Shown piece by piece: positions 1-12,300 of a stretch of 64,000 bases of DNA. The first letter of the stretch is position 1. Every line of letters begins with the position of its first letter. The position numbers and the translations under genes were made by a program. Location of the stretch: positions 36,086,001 through 36,150,000 of the forward strand of contig NC_086097.1 in assembly GCF_963921235.1 (NCBI RefSeq), written 5' to 3'. The DNA comes from Mobula hypostoma. Its lineage: Eukaryota. The notes under the pieces are model-generated. The model was given only the letters and a program-made list of their open reading frames with translations. It was not told where the DNA came from and searched no databases.

Positions 1-242
1 GTTGTATGAATCCCTCTGTTCCTCTGTATTCCCTACAACTCTTATCATTCATTATTTATGTTCTAGCCTTATAAGTTCTCTCAAAACGCATCACTTCACA
101 TTTGTCTGGATTAAAGACAATTGCCATTTTTCAGCCCACTTTCATCAATGTAGCCTAAGACTACCTTCTACACTATTACCATCTCTTTGTATCATCTACA
201 GTCTTATTGATCTTGCTTCTCACAATCATATCCAAGTCAGTC

Positions 243-2450
243 CATAAGACCATAAGACATAGGAGCAGAATTAGGCCATTCAGCCCATCGAGTCTGCTCT
301 GCCATTCCATCATGGCGGATCCCGGATCCCACTCAACTCCATACACCTGCCATCCCACCATATCCTTTGGTGCGAAACGATCAACTTTCGACTTAAATAT
401 ACCCACAGGCTTGGCCTCCACCGCAGTCTGTGGCAGAGCATTCCACAGATTCACTATGATTAGGCTAAAAAATATTCCCCCTTACCTCTGTTCTAAAATG
501 TCCGCTTTCAATTTTGAGACTGTGCCCTCTAGTTCTGGATGCCCTCATTGTAAGAAACATCCTCTCCATATCCACCTTATCTAGTCCTTTCAACATTCAG
601 TAGGTTTCAATGAAATCCCCATGCATTCTTCTAAATTCCAGTCTGTACAGGCCCAAAGCTGCCAAAGGTTCCTCACATTTTAATCCCTTCATTCCTAGAA
701 TCATCTTCATGAACCTTCTCTAGACTTTCTCCAATGACAACACATGCTTTTTGAGATATGGGGCCCAAATCTGTTGATAATACTCCAAGCGTCTTATTAA
801 GGTTCAGCATTATCTGCTTGCTTTTATATTCTATTCCCCTTGAAATAAATGCCAACATTGCATTTGCCTTCTTTACCACAGACTCAACCTGTAAATTAAC
901 CTTCTGAGAGTCTTGCACATGGACTCCTCTGCACCTCCGATGTTTGAACCTTCTCTCCATTTAGATAATAGTCTGCACTATTATTCCTTTTAACAAAATG
1001 CATTATCGCACATTTCCTAATTCCATCTGCCACTTTTTTGCCCATTCTTCCAATTTGTCTAAGTTCTGCTGCAATCGCATTGCTTCCTCAGCACTACCTA
1101 CTCCTCCACCTATCTTCGTATCATCTGCAAATGTTGCCACAAAGCCATCAATTCCATTATCCAAATCATTAACAAACAATGTTAAAAGTAGTGGTCCCAA
1201 TACTTACCCCTGAGGAACACCTAGTCACTGGCAGCCAACCAGAAAAGGCCCCTCTTATTCCCACTCGCTGCTTCCTGGCTGACAGCCATTCCTATTAACG
1301 TGCCAGTATCTTTCCTGTAACACCATAGGATTTTATCTTGTTAAGCAGCCTCATGTGTGGCACTTTATCAAATGCCTTCTGAAAATCCAAGTAAATGACA
1401 TCTACAGCCTCTCCTTTGTCCACCCTGCTTGTTGCTTCCTTGAAGAATTCTAACAGATTTGTCAGGCAAGATTTCCCTTTACAGAAACCATGCTGACTTT
1501 ATCATTAGTCTCCAAGTACCCCAAAACCTCATCCTTAATAATGGACTCCAACACTTTCCCAACAACTGAGGTTAGGATAACTGGCCTATAATTTCCTTCC
1601 TTTTGTCTTCCTCCCTTCTTAAAGAAGGGAGTGATCTTTGCAATCTTCCAGTCCTCCAAGACCATGCCAGAGTCAAGTGATTCTTGAAAGATCATAACCA
1701 ATGCATCCATTAGCACTTCAGCAACCTCTCTCAGGACTCTGGGATGTAGTCCATCTGGTTCACGTGACTTATCCACTTTAAAATCTTTGAATTTGCCTAG
1801 CACGTTTACCATTGTAATAGCAATGGCATTCACTCCTGCTCCCTGACACTCACAGACCTCTGGTATACTGCTAGTGCCTTCCACCGTGAAGACTGATGAA
1901 TTAAGTTTTAAGTTCATCTGCCATTTCTTTGTTCCCCATTACTACCTCACCAGCATCATTTTCCAGTGGTCCAGTATCAATTCTCGCCTCCCTTTTACTC
2001 TTTATATAACTGAAAAATCTTTTAGTAGCCTGCTTTATATTTTTGGCTAGTTTGCCCTCATTTACAAAATGCTGGAGGAACTCAGCAGGTCAGTCAGCAT
2101 CGATGGAAAAGAGTACAGTCAACGTTTCAGCTGAGACTCCGGTACTGCCGAAGGGTCTCGGCCTGAAACATCGACTGTACTCTTTTCCATAGATGCTACC
2201 TGGCCTGCTGAGTTCCTCCAGCATTTTGGGTGTGCTGCTTGGATTTCCAGTATCTGCAGATTTTCTCTTGTTTGCCCTCATATTTCATCTTTACCCTTCT
2301 TCTAGCTTGTTTAGTTACCTTTTGTTGAATTTTAAAAGCTTCCCAATCATCCAGCTTACCAGTCACTTTTACTATCTTATATGCCCTTTCCTTGGCTTTT
2401 ATGCAGTCCTTAACTTCCTGTGTCAGCCACGATTGCCAACTCCTGCCAGT
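243..2450 (-). mobile_element. 5'-truncated, decayed CR1 LINE (ORF2 RT and C-terminus, 3' tail)
   Basis: Minus ORFs carry CR1 motifs (EPDGLHPRVLRE, GNYRPVILTSVVGK, FVNDLD..FADDTK, VVKKANAML, NLWNALP). Tail repeat (ccataaga)n at ~243. Many frameshifts. Confidence 0.92.
2062..2269. mobile_element. Penelope-like terminal-repeat-derived palindromic insert with degenerate hammerhead motif, nested in CR1
   Basis: Inverted arms of ~70 bp (aaaatgctggaggaactcagcagg... / ...cctgctgagttcctccagcatttt). Motif ctgccgaagggtctcggcctgaaacatcgact at 2145-2176. Direct flanks gtttgccctcat at 2050-2061 and 2270-2281. Confidence 0.75.
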
Positions 2451-2544
2451 TCTGGTGAATTTGCAAGTTCTTATTGTGAATCTTAAATCCGTAAGTTGAA
2501 AAAATAAACTATAAACCACTAAGGACCTATCTTAGTGAAACAAA

Positions 2545-2626
2545 AATATTCACTTCCTCTAATTTAATCAGTAGTCACTTCCTGTAATTTAATCAATATT
2601 CACTTCCTGTAATTTAATCAGTATTC
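2545..2626. repeat. Short imperfect tandem repeat (~22-26 bp unit, cacttcctgtaatttaatca, x3)
   Basis: Three copies are directly visible. Confidence 0.8.
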
Positions 2627-3609
2627 CTACCTTCCAATTTTCTTTAAATTCAGGATAGATAACAATATTGTTTTGCAGTTGTAGTGATTATTGAAGTCAT
2701 CTCCAGAACTAGTCTAAAAACGGTACACAATGTAGGATCACTCCTCACGCACTGGTTTAAGAATCAGCACCAATTAGATGACTTTCCTGAGGTCTACTGG
2801 CGAGATAATGAGGCTGCACGCACTGAATCAAATGCTAGACATTTCATACAGGTCCAGAGCTTGTGATGCAAGTGGCCAGATGTGTACAATGAAATCTCGC
2901 TCCCTGGGCGGCTGCATTTTCATTAATCACCACATACTGTGTACACATAAACCTCTTATAATTACCACTCGGTGGCATAGTAACTCTCTGATTGAATGAG
3001 TACACAAAAGTTTGGACATACAAAATACAACATATTTTAGGTTTTAATCAATGCCCCTGATTAAAAGTTATAAAATGGCATAACTGATCAGAGAATTGGG
3101 CAAAGCTTTGTCATACCAAATATCTGACTACACAGGCCCTCATGCAGATTTTAGCTACCAATTTAGTGCTCTGATACATATGTACCTGAATAAAGCAATA
3201 TCGATGCACTAAGATCTTTTCCTACCCTATTTTCTCTCACCACTTATTTTTCAGAGGTTTTGTAAAGATATCTTTTCACTGCCAATCTAAAAATAACATG
3301 TTTACTGTTAAATATGCCAGAGAGTTGGAAGTCCTTGGAATGTTCCTCCTCAAAAGGACCCAATATTTGAGGGCTTCCCAAGTGGGAATTCTCCTTGAAT
3401 CTAGTTGTTTATAGAGGGAAACGAAGGAAGCAATAAATGGATCCAAAGCAGGTAAAACCACCACTGATAAACCACTGCCGGATACCACTCCTACATAGCA
3501 ATGGCTGCACAAGTTGCAGATCAGCATCCGGTCATGTATAAAGATAATGTAAAAGCTAACGTGATGCTAATGCAGTTCGAGGTGTTTTGGAGTTTGGAGT
3601 CCTATTCTA

Positions 3610-3830
3610 GCGTCACCTGCGATGGAGTTTGTTCATTCTCCCCGTGGATCGTGTGGGTTTCCTCCGAATGCACCATTTTCTTCCCACAGACCAAACACTT
3701 ACTGGTTAGTAGGATCATTGGTCATTGTAATTTGTCCTGTGATTAGGAGAGTGTTAAATAGGTGGGTTGCTGGGCGGTGTGGCTCGTTGGCCTGGATGGG
3801 TCTGTCTGCACTGTTTCTCTAAATAAATAA
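3610..3830 (+). mobile_element. V-SINE (HE1-like) fragment
   Basis: V-domain-like ggagtttg..ttctccccgtg..gtgggtttcctcc..cccacagaccaaa with an A-rich tail. Related copies at ~6650-6845(+), 10440-10735(-), 11440-11630(+), 46040-46335(-), 46415-46680(+), 48810-49080(-). Confidence 0.75.
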
Positions 3831-4439
3831 AACCTAAAACAAAGTTTATGCCTCTTGTTTCAAAAATACCTCCGGGTGTAACAGGACTGGCACCTTCAAG
3901 GGCAGTAAATCAGGGAGACACGGGGGACCATAGTTGCTGAAATTTGGAGGAACAAATAATCTGCTGGAGGAACCTGCTGAGATAAGCAGTGTTAGTGAAA
4001 GGAAAGAATTGTGGAATTCAGGTTAAATTGTCGACAATTCTTTTCCTCCCACGGATATTGCTCATTCTGCTGTGTTCCTCCAGCAGATTGTTTGTTGCTG
4101 CAGTTAATCGCATTCCTCATCTTCTCTTGCATCCTTCTGATATGAAGCAGATCTGTCCAATGGGCAGGAAGTGTCAAACAAGGCCTCCTCCTCTGCATCA
4201 TACCCACAGTACCAGACATTAAACAAGGAAGTTAGCATCTTACACAGTATCTACACTTGGCTTCTTCCTTCTGTATTAGTCGACCAGCACCTATGTCTTT
4301 CAAGTCATTACTTCCCATGTCACCCATTTAACCCAACTTTCTATTAAGTACCATTTGCATGTAGTCTCCCCTGTCTGATGAGGTCCATTATGTACCCAAA
4401 AGCTAATCCCACAAAGGAGTCAGGACTAATAAACCTACT

Positions 4440-6080
4440 GATCATAAGACAGGAGCAGAAACAGCTCATAAAGACCCATTGAGTCTGCTCCACTATTCCA
4501 GCGTGGCTGATTTATAATGCCCCTCAACCACATTCTCCTGCCTTCTTCCTATAACACTTGCTGCCCTTACTAATCAAGAACCTATCAATTTCCGCTTTAA
4601 ATATATAACCATAATATTATAATCAATGAAGGACCGCACCTTGGCTGTTTAACCTGTGTGCAAAAGACAACAAACTGTACAAATAGAAAGAAATAATAAT
4701 AAATAAATAAATAATCAATAAATATTGAGAACAAGAAATGAAGAGTCATTGAAAGTGAGTTCATAGGTTGTGGGAACATTTGAATGTGAAGTTGAAGGCA
4801 AGTGAAGTTGAATTCCACAGATACACAACCCTCTGGCCAAAGAAATTCCCCCTCATTTCTGTTCTAAAATGCTACAGAAAGTGGTGAATATGGCCTAGTC
4901 CATCACGGATAAAGCACTCCGCACCATTGTGCACATCAACATGAAGCAAAGTTGCAGGAAAGCAGCATCCGTCATCAGGGACTGCCATCAGCTCATGCTC
5001 TCGTCTCACTGCTGCGATCAGGAAGGTGGTACAGGAGCCTGAGGAGTCACATCATCAGGTTCAGGAACAATTATTACACCTCAACCATTAGGCCCTTGAA
5101 CAAAAAGGGATAACTTCACACAACTTCACATCAAGATGTTCCCACAATCTATCAACTCAGCTTCAAGGACTCTTCATCTCTTGTTCTCAATATTTATTGC
5201 TTATTTATTTTTATTACTATTTCTTTCTTATTGTATTTGCACAATTTGTTGTCTTTTGCAAACTGGTTGAATGCCAAAGTTGGTGCGGTCTTTCATTGAT
5301 TCTACTATGGTTATCGTGGGCACGTGGCCAAGTGGTTAAGGCATTCGACTAGTGATCTGAAGGTCGTGAGTTCGAGCCCGAGCCAAGGCAACGTGTTGTG
5401 TCCCTGAGCAAGGCACTTAATCACACACAGTGCTCTGCGGCGACACTGGTGCCAAGCTGTATGGGTCCTAATGCCCTTCCCTTGGACAACATTGGTGTCG
5501 TGGAGAGGGGAGACTTGCAGCACGGGCAACTGCCGGTCTTCCATTCAACCTTGCCCAGGCCTGCGCCCTGGAGAGTGAAGACTTTCCAGGCGCAGATCCA
5601 ATACTAACTATGGTTATGGTTATTATTGTATTATGGATCTATTGAATATGCCTGCAAGAAAATGAATCTCAGTGTTATATATGGTGACATGCATGTACTT
5701 TGCTACTAAACTTAATCTGAACTTTCAAGGAAATTCCTTGTATTCTGAAGCTGTAGTCTCTGGTTCTAGACTCCCCCATTAAAGGAAACGTTCTCTCCAT
5801 GTCCACCCTCTCTAGGCCTTTCAATGTTCAATAATTTCACTGAGAACACCCCACTAACCCCCACCACCATTCTTCTAAACTCCAGTGAGTACAGGCCCAA
5901 GAGTCATCAAATGCTCATCGTATATCAACTCCTTAATTCCTAGGATCATTCTCATGAAGTTTTTCTGGACGCTCTCCAGTGCTAGCACATCCTTTCTTAG
6001 ATACAGGAGCCCAAAATTACTCAACATCTTCCGAGTGCTGACTGACCAATCCCTTATAAAGCCTCAGTATTACATCCTTG
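4440..6080. mobile_element. Nested cluster: CR1 3' fragment (-) interrupted by Rex1-like 3' ends and a SINE
   Basis: CR1 tail pieces at ~4440-4600, 4820-4870 and 5735-6075. Rex1-like 3' ends at ~4600-4800(-) and 4870-5720(+). Confidence 0.65.
5315..5606 (+). mobile_element. tRNA-derived SINE
   Basis: Box A tggccaagtgg and box B gagttcgagcc followed by a non-tRNA body. TSD actatggttat at 5304-5314 and 5607-5617. Second copy at ~51257-51546(-). Confidence 0.85.
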
Positions 6081-7510
6081 TTACTGGTTGTGTTGCAGTA
6101 CAAAAAACTCAAACTACATGATATAAATAGTGTGGGTAACAGATACTGTGAGTTTAGGGATTTGATTTTGATCAAGACAACTCCACTGTGTACCAAGTTT
6201 CCTTTTGATCTTGCAGTACTTGAATGTGTTTTTCATAACATAAAGAGTTTGAAAGAAGATCAGCCACACATAAAGCACAGCACATAAATGCAATTGATAT
6301 AAACCATCAGCAAAAACTGAACAACAGCCACTCTAGGAAAAATGAGTGATGATGTGGACAACAAAGGTACAAGGAGTAAATAGCATGAATTGGCTGAATT
6401 GCATAAACAAAGGGAACCTATCAGTGATTTTAAGGATAAGCTGCAAGTCTGCAGCAAAATTAACCTAGCAGGTCCACACTACTCTGAAAAATAAGGGCAT
6501 GAAGGGAAAGTCAACTTTCATTTAAATATATTAGACCATTTAGGGAAAACTAATGGTGGGTCAAAGTTGGATTAAAGTTTCGAATCAGTACAGCTGATTT
6601 AATTTTAATGAGTTATCACTGTTACTTAAATAATTCTAAATAAAAACACAATTCTGCTGCTGCCTGCAAGGAGTTGGTGCATTTTCCAGTGACCGTGTGA
6701 GTTTCCTCTAGTTTCCTACCACAGTCCAAAGACATATCAGTTGGTAGGTTAATTGGTCATTGTAAATTGTCCCATGATTAGGCTCGGACTAAGTCGTGGA
6801 ATTGCTGGGAGGGCCTATTCCACTCTGTACCTCAATGAACAAATAAAACACCAGGCTCAGCAAGGGTACCTCATTAGTGCTGGGAAAAAGCTTGGCTTAA
6901 CAGTAGCACTTCCACCCATGAATTGTAAGGATTGAGTTCCATTTCATTTACTAATGGAGGTTTATAGTTTCAGAATTAGTTTGATGTCTGGTGTACTTCC
7001 AATTGGATAGAGGGACCATTAGTTTAGTGACAGTATCCCCACCCCTGAAGCAGGGAGACCCGGCCACAATGATCACGTAACGACTCTGATGGGTAGAAAC
7101 TGGAGCCGTGGCCTGGAATAGTGTGCGGCATCTCTGGTGAGTGCATGCTGCCAGCTCTTCCCTCTTAAAGGGCAAGTGGGACTCTTCCGCCTGAGCTGCT
7201 GGTGGAAGAAGATATCATAAATCTAAGAACCACAAATAATTCAACAGTGAGTCACTACACCTATCTTTTCTTCTGTTTTATATATTGCATTGAACTGCTG
7301 CTGCTAAGTTAACAAATTTCACGTCACATGCAGGTGATAATAAACCTGATTCTGACTCTGAAAAAAATACTCCTTATCATTAAGTGACTTAAGAAACTGA
7401 TGTATATGAGACTTGGGACAGGACTTGCTGAGTCAGAGCTCAACCAACAGATGGACCAAGATATAATTATTAAACAAAGGATGTTTTAAAGGCTAACCAT
7501 ATCCAAATAA

Positions 7511-7609
7511 CACACACAAAAAAATGCTGGTGAATGCAGCAGGCCAGGCAGCATCTATAGGAAGAGGTGCAGTCGACGTTTGGTGCCGGGACCCTTTGTC
7601 AGGGCATAT
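7511..7609 (-). mobile_element. Short Penelope-derived insert with degenerate hammerhead
   Basis: Same family as 18408-18638. 13-bp TSD catatccaaataa at 7498-7510 and 7610-7622. Confidence 0.75.
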
Positions 7610-8181
7610 CATATCCAAATAAAATACCTTCTTAAAAAACTACCTTTTGTGGTAATCACTTGGATTTCATTTTGCTCTGGGCTTTATTGGGATGGTTTTT
7701 TATCCTTAAACTAGTACGGGAAACGGCACGGAACTATTGAGGCAAACTCTGATGGAAGCTGATAATGGAATGGAGGATGTAAACTAAGTGATTCCCAACT
7801 GTTAAGAAGCCCTATTACAATAATTGGAGGTGTTTTTCTTCATTACATTTCGGAAATCTTGTCAGGTAAATAAGTAAAGCAGTTCTAGAGATTTTGGATT
7901 CTCTATAATTTATAATGAAAACACAATTTCAGAACCTTGATGATTCCACCATCTCCCACCAAACGATAAGCTTCAAACACCAACAGCGTTAGCATCATAG
8001 GAATGAGAGCAACAATACCCACTACAACTGATAAACAATTCCTTACAGTACATTTTAAATAACTAAATTAAAACTTTAAATAAACAAGGAGTCCTACAGA
8101 GGAAATTAACTTGTGGAAGATTTAAAGGTAGAACAGAGTGTCACTTATCCAATTACTTCATGTCTTTCTTTTTCTTCTTAC

Positions 8182-8785
8182 CTGCTTCACATTCTGGATC
8201 AATTTCCAGCTCCTCACAACCTTGTTTACATTTAACATTGACATAGATGTGATTGGTTTCAATCCTTGTTTCTTCTGGAATGGCAGCCAGGCAATCTGGA
8301 GGTTCATGGCCATTACCATCAATTTCACTACAAGCATTGTCATTTCCAACAGGTGAATCTATTCCGTTCCACAAACATGAGGAGTCTTGTTCCAGATCCT
8401 CACCTTGCACAACATGGGCATCAGGCTGTCTGTGAATTGTCTCGACATCAGCAAAATGCATCTCTGCCTCAGCACCCTGGTACTCCGAAGCTTCCAATTC
8501 ATCAGTGACTGCTGCTCGTAAATCACCAGCTGTATACTTTGTGTCAACACCATCAGCAGTTAAGACTGAATCTGTTACATGAACTGTCTGAGGCTCTTGC
8601 TCTGCTTTTCTTGTGGAGCCTGGCACACCTGAGTTCCATGTTTGATTGGGTGCACCTTGTCGAAGATTTAGAAGTGCATTGGATATGGAGTTCCCAGCTT
8701 GCTGGAATGACTCAGACATCTGAGACATCCAAGCAGAAAAGGATGGTAAGGCAGGATTCTCCTTTGAAATTTCTTCAGAATCCAT
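8182..8785 (-). CDS. SYT16: Synaptotagmin-16-like alternative (TM-less) N-terminal coding exon, 201 codons plus 1 nt
   Basis: Longest non-TE ORF in the window. Strong Kozak context accATGG at 8785. SFSAWMSQMSESFQQAGNSISNALLNL resembles the mammalian SYT16 N-terminus as I recall it (PFSSWISRVYEALQQAGDMLSASLVNI), and LAAIPEE resembles LSSIAEE. Donor GCAG|gtaaga at 8182/8181 (phase 1). Candidate acceptor tttttcctactttgcag| at 8953. Confidence 0.78.
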
Positions 8786-9280
8786 GGTTAATGAAATGCA
8801 CGCTCCTTGATCTCCAGGGAAAATCACGCTGCTTGATCACCAGCAGTCCCGACGTGTGAGTGTGTCAACAGCTACTTTCTTGTGCGCTACAGAATGAGGA
8901 TCACAATCAATTAAAATCTCCACACTGTCACTCTCGAGAAGCAACCACCAGTTCTGCAAAGTAGGAAAAACCATTGCCATGGAAGATCAGGCCAAAGGAG
9001 AGAAGAAAGAAAATCCAGACCACATCAGTCCAGGAAAAAAAGAAGATTCTCATCAAAGTAAGCCACCTTAGTACTTAGCAATGTAAAAGGTATTAATCTA
9101 GAGACTTGCTTTGCATAGTTCAAAAAACTTTTTAAGGAGAAAGTAAATGGATTATGTGTTTTACATATTGATTTCAATAAATGTCATTATAAACAATTTT
9201 AAAAAGGCTTCAGACCTTACAACAACTAACAATTGAAGAATGGTGAGGTTCACATGTCATGGCGGATTTATGTACTTGAC

Positions 9281-9361
9281 CAGAGGTTCCCAATCTAGGG
9301 TCCATGGACCCCTTGGTTAACGGTAGGGGTCTATGACATAAAAAAGGGTTGGGAACCCCTG
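9281..9361. mobile_element. Small hAT-like MITE
   Basis: TIRs cagaggttcccaatc / ggttgggaacccctg. The 8-bp flanks match only partly. Confidence 0.65.
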
Positions 9362-12300
9362 ATTTAGACTGTTATATTAGAAGAGAATGTATGAACCAGA
9401 ATTTCTAAGTATAAGTCTAACCTAACAGAACAGACGAATTCCACAGCCCATTCATTGTTCCTTGCTCTTGAAGACTTATTTTTTTCAGCAGTCAAATCTC
9501 AGCTATTTTACTTCCACTGCTGATAATCTCATTCTACAGTCACTAATTTTTTATACCATCAGACAGCAGATCTTTTATCAGGCCTTTCTTAATGTCACCA
9601 GAGAGAACATGAAGATACCCATGAAACGAAGCATAAATATTGAGGTCTGTGAATGCCTCCATTTCCCCTGTCAGTGGACTGCACCCAACTCTTCTGTTAA
9701 CAGAGCCAATAGTCAATGGTGGAGGCCAGCAAAGGGAGAACCACTGTCTCAGATCTCTGTATCCCAGATGTAAATTTCAAATTGCTGCAGTCCATGTTAT
9801 GTGAGCTTTTCCACGTTTCCACAACAATATATCATCTCATAATCATTTATATGGAAGTTCATTTGCTAGTTGCATTACAGCCATCAACATTTATATCGAT
9901 AAATTTTGAAATTATGTTTCCAGTTCTAGAATCCAAATCCTTATTTAAATAGTGAACAACAGTGGATGTGGGACCGATGATTGTGTAGTAAAGAACTGCA
10001 TATGGCAAAAACTAACCCGATAATACAATGAACTCAGCAACCTCCTAGAATAGACCAGGAGTCTCCAAGAGTGAAGGCCTGCCCTTCAGCATCCTGTTGC
10101 AAGCAAGCCAAGAGAAAGCTCTAAGAAGAAGAGTTAATTTTTTTTCATTTTATTTGAATATGCTTCTTTATTTATTTTACGCTAAAAATACTGGAGGTTT
10201 TGGGGAATGCCAGTCAAAAGTCATTCCACTAGATGACGAGAAGTTGCTTTTGCTTTCTGATTGGTTCGGGAATGGGATCTGTATGGAGGGATGCTTGGAT
10301 GACCAGTGCTCTAGATCTGAAGGTGGAACAATGGCAGAGATCATATGACGAAACTGGCAACCATATAATTTCCATCTAGAGGCGCTCCTCTCTGTTGACA
10401 GGTAAGAAAGCATGCCTTAGGTTTGCTAAGAACACACATTATTTGTTTATTTTATATTTTTATTTGAAGATACTGTGCAGAACAGGCCTTTCCAGTCCAA
10501 CGAGCCACATCGCCCAACAAACCACCTGTTTAACCCTAGCCTAATCACAGGATGGTTTACAATGATCATTTAACCTACTAACCAGTATGTCTCTGGACTG
10601 TGGAAGGAATCAGGAGTATCGGGAGGAGACCCACGCAGCCAGCGGGAGAACGTACAAAGCCCTGACAGACAGTGCTGGAATTGAGCCCTGAGCTGAAATA
10701 GTGTCACTTTAACCACTACGCTACCATGCTGCCCGTGGAATGCTCTCAGTATCTTACAACTCTCTAAATTTATGCTGTTTCCTTGCATAGTTGCCTAAAA
10801 TCATTGCATGGGTTCAAGCATCTAACAGAAATTCAGTTGTTTCAGCTCAGGGAAAGACTCTTTCGTGTTGAATCCAGGCAATCATAATAAGCTTTCCTTC
10901 TCACTGGAAGTATGCAATCAGTAGAGAAAGAACTATTTTTGATTTTGTGGAAATGCATTGGCTGCTTGGCAACAGGACTATTACTGGGGGGAGTCCGGCA
11001 TCTTGGCACTATGACCTATTGTAGGCCTAAATATTTCCTCATACAAGAAAATAACAAGTGGTCCAGTGATTTGGCATCTAATAAGGTCAAAGGGAAATCT
11101 TCAGAATATCGATTGTTGTATTTAAGGGTATACTGAACATAAACACAACAGACTAAAGGACTCTGATGACAGGACCAAAGGAAAGGAAATGGAAGAGGCT
11201 CCTGTGAGGCAAAGACACTTGCATGGAATGGCCAGTCTCTGTGAAGGACACTCTCTTTGTTCTTCGAACAGTGTGAATTCCATAGAGACGCTTGCACACT
11301 TACCGGAAACACTGATGTGCGAGTTAATTTCCTGCATATTCTTAGAAGTTACTGAATTGCATCTGGTGGGGGCTTACTAGGCAAAGTGTACTCCTGTGTG
11401 ATGTGACATATGAAGCGGTACATTTAATGGTTGTACACCATCAGTGACCCGGGTTCAATTCTGCCACAGTCTGTAAGGAGTTTTAATGTTCTCCCTGTGA
11501 TCATGTGGGTGCTCCAGCACCCTTCCTCATTCCAAAGATATACGGGATAGTAGGCTAATTGGTCACATGGGTGTAATTGGATGACTGGAAAGGCCTGTTT
11601 CTGCATTGTATCTCTAAATGAGTAAATCATTTTTTTAAATTATCTTGGTAGTATTTGATTCTATTTTCTGAAAATGTCACCTGTGGATAGCTTACATTTT
11701 CATATTTATATTTTTCTATATGTTACTCAAAGCAATGAAGTCCTGAAATATAACATAGTTATTAACAGGATAATTAGGGCTAAAATCTCTTATATTTTTT
11801 GCTTACATTGATGACCTAAAGCTAAATGAATTTTAAACCTAAGAGCAATATTTTCCTAAAATTTAAGTCCACAAAATGGATGTACACTTTTGGCACAGAT
11901 GTGACTTATTTTCCGCTAATTCTATACAGTTCCACTACTACGAAGAAAGCCAATTGTGAGCACAAGTAGCGGCAACAAAAAGAAATGGCTCATATTTTCT
12001 CTGTCCATCCAGCCCAGTACACTAAGAATTATAGCCACAAAAATACAAATCAAAATGTGTCTAATCGTTCTTGGCTAATGAGCAGAAAAATTAAAAGCAT
12101 TTACAACGATGCTGTAATGTGCCAGGACTTTGTTCTTTCCTTGAGAAATTCTGCCCACAAAGATCCAGTGATGTTAGTGGTATGGACCTCTCCTCTGATG
12201 TAGAATATTGTCAGATGAGATTGAGGTCCCTGGCAAGATTGATCCATTTAAGTTGGCTGAACACTTAAACACTGAAGAATTCTCACACACAGCAAGCCCA

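Noticed and set aside
5315..5390. tRNA gene
   Set aside because: The A and B boxes continue into a repeated non-tRNA body with TSDs, and a second copy exists, so it is a SINE head.
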